A DNA stretch of 20,000 nt. Source: an uncultured virus (IMG/VR IMGVR_UViG_3300031951_000103) (Duplodnaviria > Heunggongvirae > Uroviricota > Caudoviricetes). Shown one piece after another: positions 1-8,246 of this stretch. Position 1 is the first letter of the stretch; every line of letters begins with the position of its first letter. The translations under genes were made by a program, and so were the position numbers. Location of the stretch: IMG/VR virus record IMGVR_UViG_3300031951_000103. One strand, given 5' to 3'. The notes below the pieces were generated by a model. That model was not told where the DNA came from, did no database searches, and was given only the letters and a program-made list of their open reading frames with translations.

Positions 1-233
1 GTGCCTTGTATGTATAGTTTTCCATTATGAATTAATTTACTTTTTAATATTCTAATAGTTTTGTTTAGATCTTTTTCTTCAATATAGTCTAATAAATCAT
101 GTATATAAATAGATTCTATGGAACCAGGTTCTATACTATTTATTTTTTCAAAAGATATAAATTCAAAATCTTTAAGATCATTTATAGGTTGAAAAAAATG
201 TATAAAATATTTTTTATTTATCGTGGTATTCAT
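1..233 (-). CDS. Partial ORF (runs off the left edge), class I SAM-methyltransferase-like, apparently lacking motif I
   Basis: Manual translation from ATG at 233: MNTTINKKYFIHFFQPINDLKDFEFISFEKINSIEPGSIESIYIHDLLDYIEEKDLNKTIRILKSKLIHNGKLYIQG. The pattern 'S(I/V)xxIY..D/H.L(D/E)...L...GKL.I' resembles the C-terminal half of Methyltransf_11-type domains. No GxGxG is present. The start overlaps the end of the upstream ORF. Confidence 0.5.
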   Translation of the reverse strand, partial: MNTTINKKYFIHFFQPINDLKDFEFISFEKINSIEPGSIESIYIHDLLDYIEEKDLNKTIRILKSKLIHNGKLYIQG

Positions 234-705
234 TGTATGTATTATTAATAATAAATGGACTAGAACATAATTCTAAAATGTATGATCGCCATTGATCTAT
301 ACTTTTTTTATTATAGATGTCAAATTTTATTATGGCACTATATTTCTTAAGCAAAATTTTATTTAATGTGCTTGATAAAGAGACCACTGGAGATGGCTGA
401 AAATAAATATCTACATCTAAAGTTTTATAATCATCAGCTTTATCAAAGATTAATAATAATGGTATATGAAAATATTTACATAATTCTACGCTCTTAATAA
501 GAGTCTCTTCTGTCATATCCATAGTAATAATAATATGCGGATTATTTATTCCATAAAAAGTATCATCAAAATTAACAAAACTAACCACAGGAAATAAATT
601 GTATACAAATGCGTTGAATTCGTGGTCTTTGTCTTTTGGTATATATAAAATATTTATCCTATTCTCTATAGTTAGAGACTCTTTTTGTATAATATTTTGT
701 ATCAT
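214..705 (-). CDS. Hypothetical protein, possibly a degenerate glycosyltransferase-like alpha/beta domain
   Basis: 163-aa ORF with an ATGA overlap to the upstream GT. It has 'INILYIP' and 'PHIIIT...IPLLLI' alternating alpha/beta pattern and no clear catalytic motif. Confidence 0.55.
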   Translation of the reverse strand: MIQNIIQKESLTIENRINILYIPKDKDHEFNAFVYNLFPVVSFVNFDDTFYGINNPHIIITMDMTEETLIKSVELCKYFHIPLLLIFDKADDYKTLDVDIYFQPSPVVSLSSTLNKILLKKYSAIIKFDIYNKKSIDQWRSYILELCSSPFIINNTYNEYHDK

Positions 706-1805
706 AATATTTTAAATTGTTCCGAAACTTTTTGCAAAGTAAACTGTTTTATTTGTTCTGTTTGGTTTTTTATTCTTTGTTTTTTTGATGCCTTAGATTC
801 ATTAATAGCTAAAAACATTTTTTCAACAATATCATCTATTTTGGGTTCGTACCATTTTTGATATACAGAATTATATATAGGGAAAATTCTATTTTTATCT
901 TTACATGGCACAAGATCGCTTGCAATTTTTAATCCGCAAGCATTATTTATAATATCGTCAAATCCTGTATTTTCTGTTGTTATAATTTGATTATTAAATG
1001 CCATAGCTTCTAGTGCTGAATATCCAAAACTTTCACCATATGATGTATTTATATAACAATCATTATTATTATGTAAATATAGTATATTTTTATAATCAGT
1101 ATTTCCTATATATAACTTTGGCTTTTTAACAAAATTTTTTCTTACAGTTGTATAAATTTTTTCAAATTCATACTCTATATACTCTTGCATATTAGCAACG
1201 TTATCTATATGTCTAAGTTTTATAGATAAATCTATATCAGAATAATGATTTGAACATATTAGAAAAGCCATCAATAATGAATTTAAATTTTTTCTATCTT
1301 CAAAACTAGTAATAGCATAAAACTTGTAATTATAATCTGTAATTTCTATAGGATTATTATTTCTATAATTTATTATATAATCAAGATCAATTGGTTCTGG
1401 TACAATAGAAATTTTTGATTTAATATCTAATTCATTTAAAGCAAGTTTGACAAATCTAGATCCGACAATAATTTTATCCATAATATTTAGATGGTCTTTT
1501 AGCATATTAGTATTATTAATGGATTCTAGATGAATTAATCCTATATTTTCATCAAATCTACTATCAAATACCAGCTGATGTGGATAGCAATGCTGTATAA
1601 TTTTATGATAATGTTTACTATGATTTTTCTCTAATTCTAAAATCGAACTATCTATAGATTCTGGTGGGTATGAAACATAATAATTATACGATGGTCTAAT
1701 AGATATATTATGACCAGAAAGAGCTAGTGCTCTAATATATTGTCTGGATGCGTTACCCATACCAGAAAATTCTCTATATGGGCCTATATATAGTATATTA
1801 TCCAT
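702..1805 (-). CDS. GT4-family (GT-B fold) glycosyltransferase
   Basis: N-terminal 'NILYIGPY..SGMGNASR', 'RKNL..L..AF', and the 'TSYGESFGYSALEAMAF' E-x7-E signature of GT4. Confidence 0.88.
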   Translation of the reverse strand: MDNILYIGPYREFSGMGNASRQYIRALALSGHNISIRPSYNYYVSYPPESIDSSILELEKNHSKHYHKIIQHCYPHQLVFDSRFDENIGLIHLESINNTNMLKDHLNIMDKIIVGSRFVKLALNELDIKSKISIVPEPIDLDYIINYRNNNPIEITDYNYKFYAITSFEDRKNLNSLLMAFLICSNHYSDIDLSIKLRHIDNVANMQEYIEYEFEKIYTTVRKNFVKKPKLYIGNTDYKNILYLHNNNDCYINTSYGESFGYSALEAMAFNNQIITTENTGFDDIINNACGLKIASDLVPCKDKNRIFPIYNSVYQKWYEPKIDDIVEKMFLAINESKASKKQRIKNQTEQIKQFTLQKVSEQFKIL

Positions 1806-1811
1806 ATTATA

Positions 1812-3419
1812 TTATTTATTCAAAAAAATATCATTTATTGAGATTTCGCCAGACCTTACTTTTTCACAATATATTTTGTTATTCAGCAATGTCTCTAGAA
1901 CCCTAACAAAATCTTGTCGTTGTGTTTGAGATACTCCAGTATTTGATGTTATAAAATTTTCGTCTAAAGATTTAATAATTGATTGAATATAGTGAGTACG
2001 ATTTAACTGTGGTTCTTTTAATAGATTATTGACTATAAAATATACAAAAGCTCTATTGTTAGATATTGTGGGAACAGACAAGTCTGGATTTGTTAATAAT
2101 GGCTTGTTCCACATATTTTTTGGCTCTAAGCTATTAAAAACTTTTGTCCATACTGCTGCTGTTTTATCCCAACTATAATTATCTAATAATAATTTTCTAG
2201 TATTTTTTGAAATCTGTTTTTTTTCTTGCGTCGGCTTATTAAGCCAATCAATAACTTTATCTATTAAATCATCATTGTCTGGAACAGCTCTATCAGCACC
2301 AGTTTCAAGTTCTTTAGATAAGAGACACTTAATTTTAGTCCCACCCAGCAAAGATGTCAATTCTTCCATACCACTATAATTTACGGCAAATAATGGAATT
2401 CCACAAGATGCAGCTTCTAATTGTGGTATTCCAAGACCTTCACATATTGCATATTGTACATATATATCGAATATATTGTATATATCACATAGTTGAGAAT
2501 TAGACACTCCATTAGAAACATTAGGGAAGAACGCATATTGATTGGGATTAAAAATACAATTTATTCTAGCTCCCTTATATAGTGACGGAAAAATTACTTT
2601 AGATGTAGGATTATAATAGGTAAATAGAACATTATTATAAACGCCGTATTCCTGTAATAATTCTGGTATATTCCATCCAGCGTTTTCTGGATACGAAGTG
2701 TGTAAGTATAGAAAAACTTGATGATTTTTAATTTTTTTGATTAAGGATTTGAGACTACGAAATAATTCAGCAATAAGTTTTCTTTTTTGGTTTCTCATTA
2801 CAGAACCAATAATAAAACTATCTCCAGGAATACCAAATTTTGCTTTATGATAATTTTTTGTCCATTGTATTGGCTTAAATTCTTCTGGATTTACAGAGTC
2901 GCTAACGCATGGACCAATATTAATTGGTCTATTTAAAGATTTTAAATAATTAGACGCCCATTCGGTATGTGTTAAAACTAAATCCGCATTCTCAAATGTT
3001 TTTAACCATTCTGGTTTTTGTGGGATACTGTCTATAGTTGGAGCAACTACCCAGTGATAATATGGTCTTAAACAAGACAATTCTTGATATGAAAACATCC
3101 AATAGTCACGAATATCAAAAACAATATCTGGTTTAAAATGTAAAACTACTTTATCGAATCGCCATTGTCCAAAATGATTAATGGGATTACTATTATAAAT
3201 TTTTAATTCATCGCTATTATCATATGGAACATTAGGATAGACTTTCCATGGAACATCTCGAATATAATCGTCTTTTAAATATGAGGCGAATTCTGCAATT
3301 TCATAATTTGGATCTTTAGATAATCTAGACAGAATCTCATAGGTATATCTGCCAAATCCACTTTTTATGGTGTGTGATTCACCACACATTAAAATTCTTT
3401 TTTTTCTTTGTATTTGCAT
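1812..3419 (-). CDS. GT4-family glycosyltransferase with a C-terminal extension
   Basis: 'RILMCGE....SGFGRY', 'GSVMRNQKRK', 'EGLGIPQLEAASCGIP' (E-x7-E), 'YSWDKTA'. The start is placed at ATG 3419 because the track's TTG at 3452 would read through the terminator hairpin. Confidence 0.87.
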   Translation of the reverse strand: MQIQRKKRILMCGESHTIKSGFGRYTYEILSRLSKDPNYEIAEFASYLKDDYIRDVPWKVYPNVPYDNSDELKIYNSNPINHFGQWRFDKVVLHFKPDIVFDIRDYWMFSYQELSCLRPYYHWVVAPTIDSIPQKPEWLKTFENADLVLTHTEWASNYLKSLNRPINIGPCVSDSVNPEEFKPIQWTKNYHKAKFGIPGDSFIIGSVMRNQKRKLIAELFRSLKSLIKKIKNHQVFLYLHTSYPENAGWNIPELLQEYGVYNNVLFTYYNPTSKVIFPSLYKGARINCIFNPNQYAFFPNVSNGVSNSQLCDIYNIFDIYVQYAICEGLGIPQLEAASCGIPLFAVNYSGMEELTSLLGGTKIKCLLSKELETGADRAVPDNDDLIDKVIDWLNKPTQEKKQISKNTRKLLLDNYSWDKTAAVWTKVFNSLEPKNMWNKPLLTNPDLSVPTISNNRAFVYFIVNNLLKEPQLNRTHYIQSIIKSLDENFITSNTGVSQTQRQDFVRVLETLLNNKIYCEKVRSGEISINDIFLNK

Positions 3420-3428
3420 ATAATTAAT

Positions 3429-3450
3429 AAAAAAGGGGCGTTGCCGCCCC
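3429..3450 (-). terminator. Rho-independent terminator downstream of ssb
   Basis: The minus strand reads GGGGCG-GCAA-CGCCCC-TTTTTT: a 6-bp all-GC stem, GNRA tetraloop and U-tract, about 27 nt after the ssb stop. Confidence 0.85.
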
Positions 3451-3477
3451 AATTTTAATTTGAACTATTTTAATTCC

Positions 3478-3846
3478 TTAAAAAGAAACAACTTCTTCTG
3501 AGACAGTATCTGTCTTTTTAAGTTTTGTAATTTTTGCAAAATTATTAACTCTAATTTTGAGACTTGAGCGTTTAACGCCATCCTTTTCCCAAGTATCGTT
3601 TCTAGCAGTACCTTCGATCATAACCAAATCTCCTTTCTTAAAAGATGATGCAATAACTTCCGCACCACTATCCCATGCTTCGCATGGCAAGTATGAAACC
3701 ACCTTATCTTTGGTTCCATTCGCTCTTGTAAAATCCTTAGATACAGCAACAGTAAATGAAACTACTGATGTTTGTTTATCTCCAGTAGTTACTGTTCTTA
3801 GTTCTGGATCTCTTGTTAAGTTACCACGCAAAAGTACAATATTCAT
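3478..3846 (-). CDS. ssb: Single-stranded DNA-binding protein
   Basis: 'MNIVLLRGNLTRDPELR', 'CEAW...AE......KKGDLVMIEG....TWEKDG.KRS' match the bacterial SSB OB fold. AAGGAG Shine-Dalgarno lies upstream of ATG 3846. Confidence 0.95.
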   Translation of the reverse strand: MNIVLLRGNLTRDPELRTVTTGDKQTSVVSFTVAVSKDFTRANGTKDKVVSYLPCEAWDSGAEVIASSFKKGDLVMIEGTARNDTWEKDGVKRSSLKIRVNNFAKITKLKKTDTVSEEVVSF

Positions 3847-3887
3847 CAAAGTCTCCTTTTTAAAAAATAATCACAACAAGTTAACAT

Positions 3888-3915
3888 ATTATATACAATA
3901 TTGATCACTGGTCAA
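3888..3915 (-). promoter_or_regulatory. Sigma70-like promoter for ssb
   Basis: Minus-strand TTGACC (3915-3910), a 16-nt spacer, then TATAAT (3893-3888), in the gap between dnaE-C and ssb. Confidence 0.65.
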
Positions 3916-3916
3916 G

Positions 3917-5512
3917 CTATATGACAAAACATTTTTTTACAATAACACTATTGTCTTTTTTTGCTTTTTGACCATTAAACATCAACACTCGACCATCTAC
4001 TAATAGGTCTTTGTAATTCATAAATTCATCTGGAAAGATAACGCAATCTGTTGATCCATAAGAATCTGACACTTTTATAAAACACATTTCCTGACCGGGA
4101 TTTTTCCCTTTTTTAGTTTTGATAATATTAATGCTATCAATTTCTGCTATTAGAAAAAACTGTTTTTCTGATGGAAAAGTTTTTATATTTTTACAGTCTG
4201 TATTTGCATAAGAAGAGTCATAAGAATCAGTTTTAGCACACGTGATTGACGCTCCTAAAAATTCTTTCTCGTTGTCCGCTATCCATTCTGGTTCATCTAT
4301 CATAGAATAAGAAGGGTCTGCAACTTGATTCAATATACTAATTACTTTCGTTTGTCTATTTTTCATAATTTTGCCATCACCAACCAGTTGTCTTAATGTT
4401 TCTAAAACTGTTTTATTATTGATACAAAATAATAAGCACTGTTCTATTTCTTTTTTTGATAATTGTGTTATTAAATTAAACTCATACAGCATTTGATTTC
4501 TTGATACTTTTAGATAGTCTAAAGCCCCACTACATATCAATGCTTTTGCGGATGAGCTGTTGATGTTCAATAATATAGAGAATAGTGTTTGTGGCCAATA
4601 AAGTTTATTTAAATCTATATCTTTGATTAATTCATATAATTTATCATATACAGAATCTCCAAGGCTCTTGATATTCGTGAGACCAAAATATATTTTTTTA
4701 TTATTGATAATAAATTCTTTATTTTTTAATCTCAGGTCTGGACCAAATATATCTATATCCATCTCTCTAGCATTATTAATTAATTCTAACATTTCTTCTT
4801 GAGGATCTATTTTATCCTTAGCTAATTTTAAATAGGACAAGAAAAATATTAAAGGAAAATGAGCTTTTGCATGGGCGCTGATGTAGGCATTTATAGCATA
4901 GCTCACAGCATGGCTTTTATTAAAAGAATATCTTTGGCTTTTTTCTATCCAGCTAAAAATTTGCTCTGTTTGATCTTCAGCAACTAAACCCTTAACTTTA
5001 GATCCTTCCAAGAACTTTAATTTAATTTTTGCCATTTCTTCTGGCTTTTTCTTACCAATAGCCTTTCTTAGCATATCTGCTTCTTGCAAATTAAAACCAG
5101 CTATGTCTTTAGCTATCTCCATAGCTTGTTCTTGATAGACCATCTCCCCATAAGTATTTTTTAATATAGGCTCCAATGCTTCATGAAAATAGTCAATAGA
5201 CTCTAATCCATTTTTTTTATCTATAAAATGATTACTAACACTTTTTCCATCCCTTATCGCTTCCAAACATCCTGGTCTCATTATGCTAATTAAAGCCGAT
5301 AATTGCTCTATATTTTCTGGTTTAAGTTTTTTTGCCATACTTTGGCCAAGCCTAGACTCTAATTGAAATACTCCTTTTGTATTTCCTTCGGAAATTAAAC
5401 TCCAGGTCTTATTACATTCAAAATCTATAGATGACGGATCATATTCTATAGTTTTATTAGATCCAAATACCGAACAATTAAACTGACAACCGCAAGCAAA
5501 ATTAAGATTCAT
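3917..5512 (-). CDS. dnaE: DNA polymerase III alpha, C-terminal half (fingers, HhH, OB fold)
   Basis: 'TKGVFQLES', 'ALISIMRPG', 'LEPILKNTYGEMVYQEQAM', 'EADMLRKAIGKK', 'YSFNKSHAVSYA', HhH 'GLTNIKSLG', OB 'GQEMCFIKVSDSYGSTDCVIFPD'. Confidence 0.93.
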   Translation of the reverse strand: MNLNFACGCQFNCSVFGSNKTIEYDPSSIDFECNKTWSLISEGNTKGVFQLESRLGQSMAKKLKPENIEQLSALISIMRPGCLEAIRDGKSVSNHFIDKKNGLESIDYFHEALEPILKNTYGEMVYQEQAMEIAKDIAGFNLQEADMLRKAIGKKKPEEMAKIKLKFLEGSKVKGLVAEDQTEQIFSWIEKSQRYSFNKSHAVSYAINAYISAHAKAHFPLIFFLSYLKLAKDKIDPQEEMLELINNAREMDIDIFGPDLRLKNKEFIINNKKIYFGLTNIKSLGDSVYDKLYELIKDIDLNKLYWPQTLFSILLNINSSSAKALICSGALDYLKVSRNQMLYEFNLITQLSKKEIEQCLLFCINNKTVLETLRQLVGDGKIMKNRQTKVISILNQVADPSYSMIDEPEWIADNEKEFLGASITCAKTDSYDSSYANTDCKNIKTFPSEKQFFLIAEIDSINIIKTKKGKNPGQEMCFIKVSDSYGSTDCVIFPDEFMNYKDLLVDGRVLMFNGQKAKKDNSVIVKKCFVI

Positions 5513-6197
5513 TAATAAAAGATCCTTTAAAATTTACTTTTTCTGCCAATCTTCTATGTAGTCTTAAAAATCTAACTAAGATTTTAGCGCAATCCTGTAC
5601 ATCTTTTAGAGCATCATGCGCTCCTTCTTTTGAAATGCCTAAATAATCTCTTACTGTATCCAATGAATAGCTTTTTAAATCAGAACTTTCGAACCAATAA
5701 AAAACTAAATTCATGATATCTAAGACATCTCTAGGATAAAATAATGATGAAATATTTTCTTTTGCTTCAATATTTTTATATTTATGAGACAATCTATTAA
5801 TAATTTTTAAATCAAATCTATGGATATTATATCCAGCAGCTATTGGCGCAGAAAATACACTCTTTTTCTTTCTATTCCCGCAATGATATTTATCAAGATA
5901 AGAAATAAATGAATTCCATGCTATTTGTTGCGAAGGATATTGTCTCCATTGTTTGTATATATCCTCTTTAGAACACCCTTTAACTCTAGCATGAAAATCC
6001 ATTATATCAGTATCATATATGTACTCGGAGTTAGTTTCCATAACTTCTGGTTTACAGAAAACATTAAACTCTGAATCTTTTATAATCTCTAATCTTATTG
6101 GATCTATCATTACCGCAGATAACTGTACTGGACTACAAATCTCTGGATCAGATCCATCTGTCTCAAAATCAAAAACGCATATTTTTTTAGTTAACAT
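5502..6197 (-). CDS. DEDDh 3'-5' exonuclease (DnaQ/epsilon-like)
   Basis: ExoI 'VFDFETDG', ExoII 'AGYNIHRFDL', ExoIII 'AHDALKDV'. ATG at 6197 forms a TGATG overlap with the upstream small ORF. Confidence 0.9.
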   Translation of the reverse strand: MLTKKICVFDFETDGSDPEICSPVQLSAVMIDPIRLEIIKDSEFNVFCKPEVMETNSEYIYDTDIMDFHARVKGCSKEDIYKQWRQYPSQQIAWNSFISYLDKYHCGNRKKKSVFSAPIAAGYNIHRFDLKIINRLSHKYKNIEAKENISSLFYPRDVLDIMNLVFYWFESSDLKSYSLDTVRDYLGISKEGAHDALKDVQDCAKILVRFLRLHRRLAEKVNFKGSFINES

Positions 6198-6376
6198 CAA
6201 TTACTTTCAATCTTTTCAACTTCATCTAATGGTTTTAGGACGATCTTTTCATTGGTCTGAACAAGTTCACAGTTATATTTTACTTTACAACAACTTGCTT
6301 TGACTTCTTGAACCTTTAAATACTCTTGATTATTAAATTTAAATTTTTCACCAACTGCTAATTCATGAAATTTCAT
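6197..6376 (-). CDS. 59-aa hypothetical protein (absent from the ORF track)
   Basis: MKFHELAVGEKFKFNNQEYLKVQEVKASCCKVKYNCELVQTNEKIVLKPLDEVEKIESN*. It has an AAGGAG SD, overlaps the dnaE-N stop region, and fills the gap exactly with a TGATG junction to the exonuclease. Confidence 0.8.
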   Translation of the reverse strand: MKFHELAVGEKFKFNNQEYLKVQEVKASCCKVKYNCELVQTNEKIVLKPLDEVEKIESN

Positions 6377-8246
6377 TATTAACTCCTTTTCTAAGATATT
6401 CTGAGATATACATAATTTTATCTAACATAGCGACGCCTAAAATATCAAATTTTACTACGCCTATACTTTCTAAATCTTCCATTTCCATACCAGCAATTTT
6501 AGTTTTTGTTTTTGGGTCATATATCATTGGACATATTTGAGAAAGATCTGAATCGGCAATAACTACTCCTGCGGCATGTTTTGACTGATTAACTTTCGTT
6601 CCCTCAAGTCTTATAGCCTGTTCAAATCTTTTGGCAAGTGGTCCTTGAAATTCATTATTTTCATCAATAAAGCACCATTCCTTAAGTTTTTCTGATTCGT
6701 TTTCTAAGGCCCATCTTATAATAGAGGCTTCTCCAGTTTCATCTTTCATTTCCTGTAATTCATCAGCAATTTTTGCTTCATCTGGAATATTTTTAGTAAT
6801 CTTATTCATTTCTTCAAAATTAATATTGCCATAAACTCTCAAAACATCTTTTATTGCTCCACGACCTTTAATAGTATTAAAAGTAACCATTTGAGAAACT
6901 TGATTTGCTCCATATTTTTCTTTTATATAAGAAATAATTTCTTCTCTTTTTTCTATCGGAACATCGACATCAATATCTGGCATACTAACTCTATCTTTTG
7001 TATTACGTCCAGAATTATAAAATCTATCAAACATTAGGTTATATTTAATAGGATCTATTCCTGTTATACCTATTAGGTAAGAGACAAGACAACCTGCCGC
7101 ACTACCCCTTCCTGGTCCTGGAAGCCACCTATTTTGTCTAACATAATCAACTATATTTTGCACTATTAAAAAGTAGCTTGATAATCCAGCTCCTTGCAAG
7201 ATATCTAATTCATATTTAATCCTATCTAAATATACTTGTTGATTATCTTTATCAATCACATTAGCTATTTTTTCTTTCCATCCGTTTCTACACAGTTGTC
7301 TTAAAAATTCATCTGGGTTTGGACTACAATCAAATGGGGGTAGTCGTGGTCTGCTAGTTATATCGTATTGTTCACACATATCAGATACTAAAATAGTATT
7401 ATTAATTTCTTCTTCTGTATGCAAAGACCTAATTTCTTCTTGTGATAAAATATGAAAATTATCAGATAGAAAAAAACATCCCAATGGAACGTCTTGGTTG
7501 TTATTAATTTTTTTACTAATTTCTGGTAGTGTTGTTTTTAAATTATTACAAAGAAGAATTCTTTGATCAGAAGCGTCTTCTTTTCTGACATAATGAGCGT
7601 CTGGAGTAGCAACTAATTTTGTCTGTGTTAAAATACCGAGTTCTCTAATACAATCTGTTAAAGGTTTTTGTATTGGAGTATTTTCACTATCCATTAATTG
7701 AGCCTCTAAGAAAAAATTATCCTTACCAAAAATATCTTTTAGTTGCCAAATAGTATTTTGTCCAATATTTTTCCAGTCGCTAACAATTTGATTATTATCT
7801 ACTAATTTATCGGCCAATAACGAACCAAGATGACCACATATGCCTATCAAATTGCCGTCACAGAACCTTCTCAGGTTGTTTAAATCGATTCTAGGCTTGT
7901 GATAATAAAAGTCCGGCCTGTTGGACTCTGAAACTAAACCAATCAGTTTCTTCCATCCTTCTAGGTTTTTGGCTAAAATTAAAAAATGACTTAATTCTTT
8001 GTTGTCTTTTGTTTGATTAGTAACATCAGAATCGCAAACATATATTTCACAGCCTAATATTGGTTTGATTCCTGCTTTAGTCATTTCTTTATGAAATTTG
8101 ATTGATCCAGCTATTGTTCCGTGATCGGTTAATGCGCACGCAGTTGCGCCAATTTCTAAACATCTTGAAGCTATTTGAGATGGTTTGGATAATCCATCTA
8201 ATAAGCTATACATAGAGTGACAGTGTAGAGGATTATAGTTTTTCAT
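6363..8246 (-). CDS. dnaE: DNA polymerase III alpha, N-terminal half (PHP, palm, thumb)
   Basis: PHP 'LHCHSMYSLLDG', 'LTDHG', 'PILGCE', 'DAHY'. Polymerase 'GPGRGSAAGCLVSYLIGIT.IDP', 'SMPDIDVD', 'SKHAAGVVI', 'VVKFDILG'. Confidence 0.95.
   Translation of the reverse strand: MKNYNPLHCHSMYSLLDGLSKPSQIASRCLEIGATACALTDHGTIAGSIKFHKEMTKAGIKPILGCEIYVCDSDVTNQTKDNKELSHFLILAKNLEGWKKLIGLVSESNRPDFYYHKPRIDLNNLRRFCDGNLIGICGHLGSLLADKLVDNNQIVSDWKNIGQNTIWQLKDIFGKDNFFLEAQLMDSENTPIQKPLTDCIRELGILTQTKLVATPDAHYVRKEDASDQRILLCNNLKTTLPEISKKINNNQDVPLGCFFLSDNFHILSQEEIRSLHTEEEINNTILVSDMCEQYDITSRPRLPPFDCSPNPDEFLRQLCRNGWKEKIANVIDKDNQQVYLDRIKYELDILQGAGLSSYFLIVQNIVDYVRQNRWLPGPGRGSAAGCLVSYLIGITGIDPIKYNLMFDRFYNSGRNTKDRVSMPDIDVDVPIEKREEIISYIKEKYGANQVSQMVTFNTIKGRGAIKDVLRVYGNINFEEMNKITKNIPDEAKIADELQEMKDETGEASIIRWALENESEKLKEWCFIDENNEFQGPLAKRFEQAIRLEGTKVNQSKHAAGVVIADSDLSQICPMIYDPKTKTKIAGMEMEDLESIGVVKFDILGVAMLDKIMYISEYLRKGVNNEIS

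Noticed and set aside
3420..3452. TTG start at 3452 for the large glycosyltransferase
   Set aside because: It would translate through the terminator hairpin, so ATG 3419 is more plausible.
5400..6450. Split intein or self-splicing intron rejoining dnaE
   Set aside because: There are no intein terminal motifs or room for Hint domains. The intervening DNA is entirely coding with overlapping junctions, leaving no space for an intron core, and it encodes no homing endonuclease or RT.
3917..8246. dnaE pseudogene or frameshift artefact
   Set aside because: Both halves are long, open, motif-complete and have SD-like sequences, and they are separated by two intact genes rather than an indel.
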